A stretch of 64,000 bases of DNA from Bacteroidaceae bacterium (GTDB lineage: Bacteria > Bacteroidota > Bacteroidia > Bacteroidales > Bacteroidaceae), in contig JAZRGV010000006.1 of the NCBI GenBank assembly GCA_045644465.1, forward strand, positions 63,339-127,338, in the 5' to 3' direction. Numbering within the stretch: the stretch's first letter is position 1; the number at the start of each line of letters is the position of its first letter. The translations under genes and the position numbers were made by a program. The notes below the pieces were generated by a model that did no database searches, was not told where the DNA came from, and was given only the letters and a program-made list of their open reading frames with translations. Positions 47,638-57,343 of the stretch are shown here, piece after piece.

Positions 47638-49149
47638 ATGAACTTTACACCAATAGCAAAACCTATATTCAAACATAGAGTAAAACAGATATCCAAGTAT
47701 GCAACAAATGCCGAGCAGATTCAGCGTGATGTGCTCAAACGACTTGTGAAAACAGCATCCTCAACGGAGTGGGGTATCAAACACTCATATTCCGACATAG
47801 CAAATTATGAACAGTTTGTAAAGTCGGTAGGTGTTCAGGATTATGAAACTCTTAAGGGATACATCGACCGCATGCGTCAGGGCGAAAAGGATGTATTGTG
47901 GAAAGGTCGTTGCAAGTGGTTCGCTAAATCTTCGGGAACAACAAACGACAAGAGCAAGTTCATCCCTGTTACACCACAAGGTTTGCAGAATGCCCATTAC
48001 AAAGGTGGTTTTGATGTTGTTGCTCAGTATGTGGCAAACAACCCTACAAGCCGTGTCCTCTCGGGTAAAGGATTGATTCTTGGCGGTAGCCATGCACCTA
48101 ACTACAACCTGCCGGGTTCGCTTGTTGGTGACTTGAGTGCAATACTCATCGAGAACTGCAGTCCTTTCGTGAATATGATTCGCGTTCCGGGTAAGGATAT
48201 TGCCCTTTTGAGCGACTTCGAGGAGAAGATGGACAAGATTGCTCGTGCAACATCCAAGATGGATGTAACCAATCTGTCAGGTGTACCTTCGTGGATGATG
48301 GCTGTACTAAAGCATATGCTCGACATCACCGGCAAGAAATCGGTCGATGAGATATGGCCAAACCTCGAGGTCTTCTTCCATGGTGGTGTTGCCTTCACTC
48401 CTTATCGTGAGCAGTATCATCAGATAATCAAGAGCCCTAACATGAAGTATATGGAAACATATAACGCAAGTGAAGGTTTCTTTGGTATTCAGAACGATCC
48501 AACCGATCCTGCAATGCTCTTGATGATCGACTACGACGTGTTCTACGAGTTCATTCCATTTGATGAATTTGACTCACCCAACCCACGCGTACTTCCTTTG
48601 TGGGAGGTCGAGGTTGGCAAGAACTATGCAATGCTAATTTCTACTTCATGTGGTTTGTGGAGATATATGATAGGCGACACTGTACGTTTCACAAGCAAAG
48701 ATCCTTATAAGATTGTTATCTCGGGCCGAACAAAACACTTTATCAATGCGTTTGGTGAAGAACTTGTTGTTGATAATGCCGAGAAAGGATTGTTGAAAGC
48801 TTGTAACGAGACAGGAGCACAGATACTTGACTACACAGCTGCGCCGGTGTTTATGGATGCCAATGCACAGTGTCGTCATCAGTGGCTTATAGAATTTGCC
48901 AAGAAACCCGAGTCGATAGAGCAGTTTGCCGAGATTCTTGACAATGAGTTGCAGCATATCAACTCCGATTATGAGGCAAAACGCTATAAGAACAAGACTA
49001 TGCAGCAGCTTGAGATTGTTGTGGCGCGCGAGCACCTTTTCAACGATTGGTTAAAGAGCAAAGGTAAGCTTGGTGGACAGCACAAAGTGCCACGTTTGAG
49101 CAATAACCGTCAGCATATCGACGAACTTTTGTCAATGAACAATATTTGA
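47638..49149 (+). CDS. GH3 (auxin-responsive promoter / acyl-acid amido synthetase-like) family protein
   Basis: 503 aa: FAKSSGTTNDKSKFIP..YNASEGFFG..RYMIGD..GRTKHFINAFGEEL. Confidence 0.8.
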   Translation: MNFTPIAKPIFKHRVKQISKYATNAEQIQRDVLKRLVKTASSTEWGIKHSYSDIANYEQFVKSVGVQDYETLKGYIDRMRQGEKDVLWKGRCKWFAKSSGTTNDKSKFIPVTPQGLQNAHYKGGFDVVAQYVANNPTSRVLSGKGLILGGSHAPNYNLPGSLVGDLSAILIENCSPFVNMIRVPGKDIALLSDFEEKMDKIARATSKMDVTNLSGVPSWMMAVLKHMLDITGKKSVDEIWPNLEVFFHGGVAFTPYREQYHQIIKSPNMKYMETYNASEGFFGIQNDPTDPAMLLMIDYDVFYEFIPFDEFDSPNPRVLPLWEVEVGKNYAMLISTSCGLWRYMIGDTVRFTSKDPYKIVISGRTKHFINAFGEELVVDNAEKGLLKACNETGAQILDYTAAPVFMDANAQCRHQWLIEFAKKPESIEQFAEILDNELQHINSDYEAKRYKNKTMQQLEIVVAREHLFNDWLKSKGKLGGQHKVPRLSNNRQHIDELLSMNNI

Positions 49150-51083
49150 TGCGAATATACAACAACATATTATTGGCAGCATCGCTGCTCGTTGTCATTG
49201 CCTGCGCCAGTATGGGCACGCCCGACGGCGGCCCCTATGATGAGGAACCTCCGGTTCTTATGGAGGCAAAGCCTCATATTGGTGCAACCAATGTCAAGTC
49301 GAGCAAGATAACTCTTGAGTTTGATGAAAACATCAAGTTGGTTAATGCCTTTGAGAATGTTGTTGTATCTCCACCGCAGATACAGATGCCCGTAATAAAA
49401 TCGTCGGGAAAGCGAGTTTCGGTAGAGCTTATGGATACATTGCTGCCAAACGTAACCTACTCGATAGATTTCGGCAATGCCATTGTTGACAATAACGAGG
49501 GAAACCCTTATGAGGATTTTGCCTATTATTTCTCAACAGGCGATGCTGTTGACACTCTTGCAGTGTCGGGAACAGTGCTCAATGCCCAGGATTTGGAGCC
49601 TATAAAAGGAATTACTGTTGGTTTGCACTCATGCATTGATGATTCTGCTTTTACAAAATTGCAGTTCGAGAGAGTTTCACGCACCGATTCCAAAGGACAC
49701 TTTATAATAAAGGGTATCGCTCCTGGAAAATATCGCGTATATGCACTGAGTGAGGCAAACAACAACTATCTTTTTGACCAGAAGAGCGAGACGTTGGCCT
49801 TTATGGATACCTATGTATCCCCTTCGGCTTCGCCTGCCATACGCCCCGATACCGTTTGGCGCGACAGTGTAACTATCGACACCATTAAGCAGGTCTCTTA
49901 TACCCGCTTTAGGCCCGATGACCTTGTGCTGCGTGCTTTCAAGGAGGATTTCTACGCCCAGTATCTTGTGAAGTCGCCACGCGACAGCCATAACAAGTTG
50001 ACACTCTATTTTGCCGAGGCCAATGAAGAGATGCCGCTTATAGAGGGGCTCGATTTTGAAAGCGATGGAGCATATGTAATAGAGAACAGCGTTAACAACG
50101 ACACGTTGACACTCTGGTTCAAGGATTCTGTTGTGTATCGTGCCGACACGTTGACGATGAGGGTAACATACAATGTTGCTGACTCGCTTGGCAATATGGT
50201 TGCAAAGAGCGATACCATATATGCATCGCCCAAGCGACGTTGGGAAAAGGTTGTCGAGCAACAGAACGAAAAACTGGAAAAGGACCGTAAAGAGTTCCTG
50301 AAAAAAGCAAAGCGTAACGAGAACTACGACGAGAATAACCCACCCGAATATATCCCGCCCACCAAGGACATTAAAGTTCGTTTCTCCGGCTCTTCGTCAA
50401 TGGATGTGAATGCAACAATCTCTTTCACTTTTGACGAGCCTCTTGAAAAGTTGGATACAATGGGAATACATCTCTCGAAGAAAGTCGATTCCTTGTGGGT
50501 GCCTGTGGAGTATGTTCTATATCCCGACAGAAACATAAGAAAATATAATCTCTATGCCGAATGGCGACCTGGTGAGAGCTATCTCCTAGAGGCCGATTCT
50601 GCTACATTCATCGGTTTGTATGGCGGTGTTTCCAACAAATTCACGCAGGAGATAAGTTTCCGTACATTGGAAGAGTATGCAGTGTTATATCTCGATATTC
50701 CGGGAACAGGCAACAATGCATATGTGCAGCTGATGAACAAGAGCGATGCTATAGTGCAGGAAGAGAAAACCGAAAACAACAAGTGCGCTTTCTATTTCAT
50801 AAGGCCCGGCATATATTACCTGCGTCTTTTCATCGACGATAACGGTAATGGAATATGGGATACCGGCGAATACGAAAAAGGCAGGCAGCCCGAAAGAGTA
50901 TATTATTATGACCGTCCGTTGGAGTTGCGTGCATTCTTTGAATACACTCAGGACGATTGGGATATCAATTCCCCTCTCGACAAGCAAAAGCCGCTTGAGA
51001 TAACAAAGCAGAAGCCCGATAAGGAGCGCAAGAAGATGAACCGCAACGCCACACGCAAGTTCAAGACAAAAGAGAAAAAATAA
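49149..51083 (+). CDS. Ig-like (SbsA/Big_5-type) domain lipoprotein
   Basis: Lipobox VIAC. PPVLMEAKPHIGATNVKSSKITLEFDENI resembles the Big_5 domain. Basic C-terminal tail. ATG 49149 overlaps the GH3 stop (TGATG). Confidence 0.65.
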   Translation: MRIYNNILLAASLLVVIACASMGTPDGGPYDEEPPVLMEAKPHIGATNVKSSKITLEFDENIKLVNAFENVVVSPPQIQMPVIKSSGKRVSVELMDTLLPNVTYSIDFGNAIVDNNEGNPYEDFAYYFSTGDAVDTLAVSGTVLNAQDLEPIKGITVGLHSCIDDSAFTKLQFERVSRTDSKGHFIIKGIAPGKYRVYALSEANNNYLFDQKSETLAFMDTYVSPSASPAIRPDTVWRDSVTIDTIKQVSYTRFRPDDLVLRAFKEDFYAQYLVKSPRDSHNKLTLYFAEANEEMPLIEGLDFESDGAYVIENSVNNDTLTLWFKDSVVYRADTLTMRVTYNVADSLGNMVAKSDTIYASPKRRWEKVVEQQNEKLEKDRKEFLKKAKRNENYDENNPPEYIPPTKDIKVRFSGSSSMDVNATISFTFDEPLEKLDTMGIHLSKKVDSLWVPVEYVLYPDRNIRKYNLYAEWRPGESYLLEADSATFIGLYGGVSNKFTQEISFRTLEEYAVLYLDIPGTGNNAYVQLMNKSDAIVQEEKTENNKCAFYFIRPGIYYLRLFIDDNGNGIWDTGEYEKGRQPERVYYYDRPLELRAFFEYTQDDWDINSPLDKQKPLEITKQKPDKERKKMNRNATRKFKTKEKK

Positions 51084-51120
51084 TTAAAAGCGATAATAGT
51101 AACAATAAATATATAGTAAT

Positions 51121-52596
51121 ATGGAAAACAAATTCATGATATATAATACGCTCTCGCGTAAGAAGGAGTTGTTTGAGCCTTTGCATGCACCCAATGTGGG
51201 AATGTATGTGTGCGGCCCCACCGTATATGGCCCCGCCCATCTTGGCCATGCACGTCCTGCCATAACCTTTGACGTGTTGTTCCGTTATCTTCAGAACCTC
51301 GGTTACAAGGTGCGTTATGTACGTAACATAACCGATGTGGGCCACCTTGAGCACGATGCCGACGACGGCGAAGACAAGATAGCAAAGAAAGCACGCTTGG
51401 AGCAACTCGAGCCAATGGAAGTTGTGCAGCACTATACATTGCACTACCACAAGGTTATGGAGGCTCTCAACGTATTGCCACCAAGCATCGAGCCACACGC
51501 TTCGGGCCACATCATCGAGCAGATTGAGCTTGTGAAAGAGATACTCGACAATGGCTTTGCCTATGAGAGCGAAGGTTCGGTCTATTTCGATGTTGCAAAG
51601 TACGACAAGGCGCACCACTATGGTATCCTTTCGGGCCGTAACCTCGAAGATGTGCTTAACACAACCCGTGACCTCGACGGACAGAACGAGAAACGCAACC
51701 CTGCCGACTTCGCTCTTTGGAAGTGCGCGCAACCCGAACACATTATGCGTTGGCCCTCTCCATGGAGCAACGGTTTCCCCGGCTGGCACTGCGAGTGTAC
51801 AGCAATGGGACGCAAATACCTTGGCGAGCAGTTCGATATTCACGGTGGTGGTATGGACCTTGTATTCCCTCACCACGAGTGCGAGATTGCACAGGGTATG
51901 GCGGCTATGGGCAAGCACGTCGTGAAATATTGGATGCACAACAATATGATAACCATCAACGGAACAAAGATGGGCAAGTCACTGGGTAACTTCATCACCC
52001 TTGACGAGTTCTTCAATGGAACACATAAGCTGCTTGCACAGCCATATTCGCCAATGACAATCCGTTTCTTCATCCTGCAGGCACACTACCGCAGCACTGT
52101 CGATTTCAGCAACGAGGCATTGCAGGCTGCCGAGAAAGGTATGCAGCGACTGCTCGAGGCATACAAGACACTCGGAAACCTTGTGGCTTCGGGTGGTACC
52201 ACAGTTGATGTGGCATCGCTCCGTGCAAAGTGCTACGATGCAATGAACGACGACATGAACACCGCGTTGGTTATATCACACTTGTTCGATGCCTGCCGTG
52301 CCATCAATCAGATTGCCGACAAGAAAGCAACCATCAGCGAGAGCGACCTTGCAGAGCTAAAGGATACATTCAAGCTCTTTGCATTCGATATCCTTGGCTT
52401 GAAGGAAGAGCGTGGCTCCGACAGCGGCCGTGAAGAGGCTTTTGGAAAGGTTGTCGATATGTTGTTGCAACAGCGTCAGGTGGCAAAAGCCAATAAAGAC
52501 TGGGCTACAAGCGACAAGATACGTGACGAACTCGCAGCCCTTGGTTTTGAAATAAAAGATGGTAAAGAAGGCTCTACCTGGAAATTGAATCGCTGA
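51121..52596 (+). CDS. cysS: cysteine--tRNA ligase
   Basis: HIGH motif (GPAHLGHA), zinc ligands, and KMSKS variant (KMGKS). Confidence 0.95.
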   Translation: MENKFMIYNTLSRKKELFEPLHAPNVGMYVCGPTVYGPAHLGHARPAITFDVLFRYLQNLGYKVRYVRNITDVGHLEHDADDGEDKIAKKARLEQLEPMEVVQHYTLHYHKVMEALNVLPPSIEPHASGHIIEQIELVKEILDNGFAYESEGSVYFDVAKYDKAHHYGILSGRNLEDVLNTTRDLDGQNEKRNPADFALWKCAQPEHIMRWPSPWSNGFPGWHCECTAMGRKYLGEQFDIHGGGMDLVFPHHECEIAQGMAAMGKHVVKYWMHNNMITINGTKMGKSLGNFITLDEFFNGTHKLLAQPYSPMTIRFFILQAHYRSTVDFSNEALQAAEKGMQRLLEAYKTLGNLVASGGTTVDVASLRAKCYDAMNDDMNTALVISHLFDACRAINQIADKKATISESDLAELKDTFKLFAFDILGLKEERGSDSGREEAFGKVVDMLLQQRQVAKANKDWATSDKIRDELAALGFEIKDGKEGSTWKLNR

Positions 52597-52600
52597 TAAG

Positions 52601-53617
52601 ATGAATAGGATATATCTATTGCTCATATCGTTGCTGTTTATCTGTTGTGGTGCTTCATCGGGCAAGCAACAGATTGTAAATGACGAGCAACCGCAAAAGA
52701 CACCGGCTGTTGTAGAGCCGGCTGTTATTGTGCCTATATTCGATGCCGACAGTGCATACAGCTTCATCGAAGCGCAGGTGAACTTTGGTCCTCGCGTGCC
52801 AAGCACCCCTACACATCGTAAGTGTGGCGACTACCTTATATCCAAGCTGCAGGGCTACGGAGCAACGGTCATTACCCAGGATATGGACCTCAGAGCCTAT
52901 AACGGAGACCGCCTCGAAGCACGTAATATCGTGGCGCAGTTCAACCCCGAGAATAGCAACCGCATAATGCTCTGTGCACATTGGGACACTCGTCCCTGGG
53001 CCGACAGCGACCCCGACAAAGCCAACCATCGCAAGCCTCTTCCCGGAGCGAACGACGGCGGTAGCGGAGTGGGAGTGTTGCTCGAAATAGCACGTCAATT
53101 GGCAGCAGTTCCTTCCAAGGTGGGTGTCGATATCATCCTTTTCGATGCCGAGGATTATGGCCTGCACGAGGATGATTCCCATTTGTGGAAAAAACATAGA
53201 CACTCATGGGCGCTCGGCTCACAGTACTGGTCAATAAATCCGCATGTTTCCGGATATAATGCACGCTATGGCATATTGCTCGATATCGTTGGTGCCCCCA
53301 ACTCTAAATTTTTGTATGAGGGCTATTCAACAAACTTTGCCCAGGAGATAGTTTATAAGGTGTGGCATTGGGCCGACAAGCTGGGTTATGGCAACTACTT
53401 TGTACAGGAAGACGGTGGCGTGATAACCGACGACCACTATTATGTGAACAGCATCCTTGGATTGCCCTGTATCGACATCATCAACTGCGACCCCGACAGC
53501 CCTAACGGCTTCGGACCATATCATCATACAATGAAAGACGATATGCAGTGGATTGACAAGGCAACACTCAAGGCTGTTGGACAAACTGTTTTAACCGTAA
53601 TATACAACGAAAAATAA
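52601..53617 (+). CDS. M28-fold glutaminyl-peptide cyclotransferase (type II glutaminyl cyclase-like) lipoprotein
   Basis: Lipobox FICC. SAYSFIEAQVNFGPRVP..CAHWDTRPWAD..GANDGGSGVGVLLEIARQL..LGSQYWS..ITDDH..HHTMKD closely parallels my memory of the Porphyromonas gingivalis QC sequence. Confidence 0.7.
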   Translation: MNRIYLLLISLLFICCGASSGKQQIVNDEQPQKTPAVVEPAVIVPIFDADSAYSFIEAQVNFGPRVPSTPTHRKCGDYLISKLQGYGATVITQDMDLRAYNGDRLEARNIVAQFNPENSNRIMLCAHWDTRPWADSDPDKANHRKPLPGANDGGSGVGVLLEIARQLAAVPSKVGVDIILFDAEDYGLHEDDSHLWKKHRHSWALGSQYWSINPHVSGYNARYGILLDIVGAPNSKFLYEGYSTNFAQEIVYKVWHWADKLGYGNYFVQEDGGVITDDHYYVNSILGLPCIDIINCDPDSPNGFGPYHHTMKDDMQWIDKATLKAVGQTVLTVIYNEK

Positions 53618-54048
53618 TGGCTGATATAAAAGAGATACAAGACGAGATTATTGATGAGTTTACAGGTTTTGACGATTGGCTCGACCGTTATCAGTTGCTT
53701 ATCGATTTAGGTAGCGAACAGGAACCATTACCCGAGGAGTACAAAACCGACAATAACCTCATCGAAGGTTGTCAGAGCCGTGTATGGCTTCAGGCCGATG
53801 TGCTGGACGGCAAAGTCATCTTCCGTGCCGAGAGCGATGCGCTTATAGTAAAAGGTATAGTAGCATTGCTAATCAAAGTCTATTCGGGACACACTCCCGA
53901 TGAGATACTCGCATCGGAACCATACTTTGTTGAGGCTATCGGCTTGAAAGAACATCTTTCGCCCACCCGAAGCAACGGCCTTGTTGCAATGATAAAGCAG
54001 ATGCGTATGTATGCATTGGCGTTCAAGGCAAAACAAAGTATGAATTGA
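53617..54048 (+). CDS. sufE: SufE family cysteine desulfuration protein
   Basis: 143 aa: NNLIEGCQSRVWL..HLSPTRSNGLVAMIKQM. Confidence 0.9.
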   Translation: MADIKEIQDEIIDEFTGFDDWLDRYQLLIDLGSEQEPLPEEYKTDNNLIEGCQSRVWLQADVLDGKVIFRAESDALIVKGIVALLIKVYSGHTPDEILASEPYFVEAIGLKEHLSPTRSNGLVAMIKQMRMYALAFKAKQSMN

Positions 54049-54091
54049 TGTAAATAGAGCTTATACGCTTTGGTGGTGAAATTGAAAATTT

Positions 54092-54964
54092 ATGAGGAAG
54101 TCTTTTTTTTATATACTGTTGCTGTTTGTAGCATTTCCTGCATTATTCATCTCATGTAATAACAACGTAGAGGATGAAACTCCTGAAATTCTATATAAAG
54201 TAAGTATCAATGCCACAGAGGGCGGTAGTGTGCAATTCAGCGACTGTTCAGGCCTTTCAAAACAGGTGAAATTTGGAACCTCATTGGAAGCAATAGCTAC
54301 ACCTGATGAAGGTTGGGCTTTTCTTGGTTGGTATATGAATGGCGTTATATTAGTTAAACCTACTGCGTCTTTTGCTTTTCCAGCTATAACCGATATGCAA
54401 TTGACTGCTAAGTTTGAGAAGATTCCTGCCTATGAGGCTGTTGACCTTGGTTTGAGTGTAAAATGGGCAACATTTAATGTTGGTGCATCAAGGCCTGAGA
54501 GGTATGGGTGTTATTATGCATGGGGCGAGACCGAAGAAAAAGATAGTTATAGTAAAGAAAATTATCTTTATTATAGCAATGGTAGTTATATAGATATTGG
54601 TAGTAATATTGCCGGTACCCAATATGATGTTGCTCATGTAAAATGGGGTGGTGAATGGCGCATGCCTACGAGCGATGAGCAATATGAATTGAAAATGAAC
54701 TGTGATTGGGAGTGGACAACCATCGATGGCGTTAACGGTTGTAAGGTAAAGAGTAGAGTTAATGATGAGTTTATATTCCTTCCGGCATCAGGCTTTCGTG
54801 AGGGTACAGAAATGTATGGAAACAACTCAAATAGCGGTGCCTATTGGTCAAGTGTGTTAAGAGATAGTTACTCTGCTCACAACTTCTGTTTAAGAGCAGA
54901 TGGTCTCAATATGGATGTTCTTATACGTAGCAATGGTCTTACTGTGCGCCCTGTTATAGAGTGA
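54092..54964 (+). CDS. lipoprotein with Listeria-Bacteroides repeat domain + FISUMP (Fibrobacter succinogenes major paralogous) domain
   Basis: Lipobox FISC. YKVSINATEGGSVQF..PDEGWAFLGWYMNG is the repeat domain. GLSVKWATFNVGA..YYAWGE..WRMPTSDEQYEL..FLPASGFR..YWSS..GLTVRPV is FISUMP-like. Confidence 0.7.
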   Translation: MRKSFFYILLLFVAFPALFISCNNNVEDETPEILYKVSINATEGGSVQFSDCSGLSKQVKFGTSLEAIATPDEGWAFLGWYMNGVILVKPTASFAFPAITDMQLTAKFEKIPAYEAVDLGLSVKWATFNVGASRPERYGCYYAWGETEEKDSYSKENYLYYSNGSYIDIGSNIAGTQYDVAHVKWGGEWRMPTSDEQYELKMNCDWEWTTIDGVNGCKVKSRVNDEFIFLPASGFREGTEMYGNNSNSGAYWSSVLRDSYSAHNFCLRADGLNMDVLIRSNGLTVRPVIE

Positions 54965-55033
54965 AAAGAAGTTGGTGAGAATGAATTATCAGAACTTCAG
55001 CAAGAGAGCTTTTTGTTCTAATTGGTTGTTTGA

Positions 55034-55084
55034 GCCGGTAGCTCTGTTGCAATGATAAAGCAGATACGTATATACGCAAAATGA
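55034..55084 (+). pseudogene. relic of an earlier sufE 3' end
   Basis: 55045-55078 matches 53982-54015 (inside sufE) at 31 of 34 positions. It reads AGSSVAMIKQIRIYAK-stop versus the live ..NGLVAMIKQMRMYALAF.. An in-frame stop at 55031-55033 precedes it, and it ends directly at the terminator hairpin. Confidence 0.7.
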
Positions 55085-55126
55085 ACCTATAATAAAAGCG
55101 ACCTATTGGTCGCTTTTATTATAGGT
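55085..55126. terminator. bidirectional rho-independent terminator
   Basis: acctataataaaagcgacc tatt ggtcgcttttattataggt forms a perfect 19-bp stem. It overlaps the last codons of the convergent LD-carboxypeptidase gene. Confidence 0.8.
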
Positions 55127-56015
55127 CGAATTCTAAGGTCGCCCCTTTTTTGTCTATTGCAAGCCTGCACTCTGCACCCTCGATAAGCGGTACGTTTTCA
55201 TCGCAGTGTCCAACCGGAAATCCAAAGCATACAGGAATATTGTATTTCTTTACAATGTTATGTATGAGATTGTATGGCTCTGCAAATTCCGGGTTCTCTT
55301 TTATTCCTGTGAATTGTCCCACTATAACTCCTCCTATTTTTGACAACGCACCGCAAAGCTCCAGCTGGTACATCATACGTTCAATGCGGTAGGGCTGTTC
55401 TCCAATATCTTCGATAAAAAGTATTGTATCTTCTTTGAAAATATCATACTCTGTTCCTGTTAGAGCCGTCAGCACCGAGAGGTTACCGCCGGCAAGCCTG
55501 CCGGTGGCTGTTCCGTGTATGTCAAGCTTGTGAGAGGTGTTTTCGTATGTCGGTTTTCTGCCGAACAATATATCTCGGAGCATATTTGCCGGGAAACTGT
55601 CAGGAAATTTCGACAGATGGTTGCATTGCGATGAGTGAATGGACATTACTCCCTGTGACAGGCATGCAACATGCAGTGCCGAGCAGTCGCTCATGCCTAT
55701 AATCCATTTGGGATGTTCCTTTATCAATGTGGCAAAATCTCGGAGAAGATGCACGCACCCATAACCGCCGTAACTGCAAAGCACTGCTTTTATATCATTG
55801 TCGGTAAGTGCTGTGGCAAAATCATCCATGCGCTCCTCGGCTGTTCCGCTGTAGTAGCCCTTTTTTGTCAGGGTGTGTGGCATTATAACCACTTTTAGTC
55901 CCCACTTTTCCAAAAGGAGTGCAGTTGCATCAACAATCGAGGTATCGCGCAATGCTCCGGCAGGAGAGAGTATGGCAATTGTATCGCCTTCTTTTAGCGG
56001 AGCAGGGGCTTTCAT
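55119..56015 (-). CDS. ldcA: LD-carboxypeptidase (peptidase S66, muramoyltetrapeptide carboxypeptidase-like)
   Basis: 298 aa: GDTIAILSPAG..GGYG..GMSDCSALH..VGH. Confidence 0.85.
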   Translation of the reverse strand: MKAPAPLKEGDTIAILSPAGALRDTSIVDATALLLEKWGLKVVIMPHTLTKKGYYSGTAEERMDDFATALTDNDIKAVLCSYGGYGCVHLLRDFATLIKEHPKWIIGMSDCSALHVACLSQGVMSIHSSQCNHLSKFPDSFPANMLRDILFGRKPTYENTSHKLDIHGTATGRLAGGNLSVLTALTGTEYDIFKEDTILFIEDIGEQPYRIERMMYQLELCGALSKIGGVIVGQFTGIKENPEFAEPYNLIHNIVKKYNIPVCFGFPVGHCDENVPLIEGAECRLAIDKKGATLEFDL

Positions 56016-56020
56016 GGGTA

Positions 56021-57280
56021 TCAGCTACATGATGAACCGGTAGAGACAATCTTATAGAGTTTATCGCTTGGACGCACCTTGCATGGCACCTTGAACGACA
56101 CACGTTCGCCCTTGTGTACGGTCTCGACGCTCTGCAGGTTCACTCGTGGGTCTTCCAGTTCAAGATACACTGCGCCTGTTGTAGGGCCGGTGATAAGTAT
56201 CTTTTCGCCTGCATTTATCTCGCCAGCCTCTATTAGGAATTCTCCCACGCCAAGGTTTGAAAAGTGTTTAATAGCCTTGCCTATATATACCTTGCGCTCT
56301 GTAGCCTGCGAACCATAAATGTTGCTCCACTCACCAAGTTTCTGTCCTTGGTAGTAACCGTCCCAAAAACCACGGTTAAACACGGTTTTCAATCTCTCGT
56401 CCCATGCATCTTTCTTGTCCTCTGTAAGCTCTCCGTCGAGATATGCCTGCAGTGCCTCGTTGTAGCATCCTGCTACTGTGCTCACATATTCCGCACCGCG
56501 TGCGCGGCCTTCAATCTTGAACACGCGCACTCCGCTTTCAATCATACGGTCAATGAAACGTATGGTCTTAAGGTCTTTGGGCGACATAATATATTTGTTG
56601 TCAACCTCAAGCTCAATGTCGCTCTCGCGGTCTTTTACGATATATCCTCTGCGGCATACCTGCATGCACTCGCCACGGTTTGCACTGCGGCCAAGCTGGT
56701 GCAACGACAGGTAACATTTGCCCGATATTGCCATGCATAAAGCACCATGGCAGAACATCTCAATGCGTATGAGTTCGCCCTTTGGGCCACATATATTCTC
56801 GTCGATGATAATCTTGTGTATTGCTGCCACTTGGTCCATATTAAGCTCGCGTGCAAGCACCACCACGTCGGCAAATTGTGCGTAGAATTTCAGTGCTTCG
56901 CTGTTGCTTATGTTCAGCTGTGTCGATAGATGCACCTCAACGCCAACCTTGTTACAGTATTGCATAACAGCAACGTCCGATGCAATAACAGCAGATATGC
57001 CACTCTCCTTTGCCGCATCGATGATGCTGTGCATCATATCGATGTCGTTCTCATAGATTATGGTGTTTACGGTGAGGTAGCTCTTAATGTTGTGACTGTC
57101 GCATATCTCGGCAATCTCTCTCAGGTCGTTGATAGAGAATGCACTTGCCGAGTGGGCACGCATGTTAAGGTGCTCAATACCAAAATATATGGAGTTCGCT
57201 CCGGCCTGTATTGCTGCTGCAAGGCTCTCGCGCGAACCCACAGGAGCCATTATCTCAAAGTCGCTTCTTTTATAGTTCAT
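56021..57280 (-). CDS. peptidase U32 family protein
   Basis: 419 aa: EIMAPVGS..GANSIYFG..E.FCHGALC...SG.C.LS. Confidence 0.85.
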   Translation of the reverse strand: MNYKRSDFEIMAPVGSRESLAAAIQAGANSIYFGIEHLNMRAHSASAFSINDLREIAEICDSHNIKSYLTVNTIIYENDIDMMHSIIDAAKESGISAVIASDVAVMQYCNKVGVEVHLSTQLNISNSEALKFYAQFADVVVLARELNMDQVAAIHKIIIDENICGPKGELIRIEMFCHGALCMAISGKCYLSLHQLGRSANRGECMQVCRRGYIVKDRESDIELEVDNKYIMSPKDLKTIRFIDRMIESGVRVFKIEGRARGAEYVSTVAGCYNEALQAYLDGELTEDKKDAWDERLKTVFNRGFWDGYYQGQKLGEWSNIYGSQATERKVYIGKAIKHFSNLGVGEFLIEAGEINAGEKILITGPTTGAVYLELEDPRVNLQSVETVHKGERVSFKVPCKVRPSDKLYKIVSTGSSCS

Positions 57281-57343
57281 AGGTTGATGTTGTTATTATG
57301 CCTGCTGCAGAACGATATGTGTGCTGCATGGCCTGCATTGTTA

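Noticed and set aside
51061-51939. 292-aa ORF antisense to cysS. It is tempting in the light of the Rodin-Ohno sense/antisense aaRS hypothesis.
   Set aside because: The translation has no recognisable motifs, no plausible start context or promoter, and is fully embedded opposite a highly conserved gene. Long stop-free antisense frames are a known by-product of codon usage. The same applies to the antisense ORFs at 46401-47039, 49677-50261, 52655-53203, 19324-19959, 14549-15064, 29825-30421 and 26716-27219.
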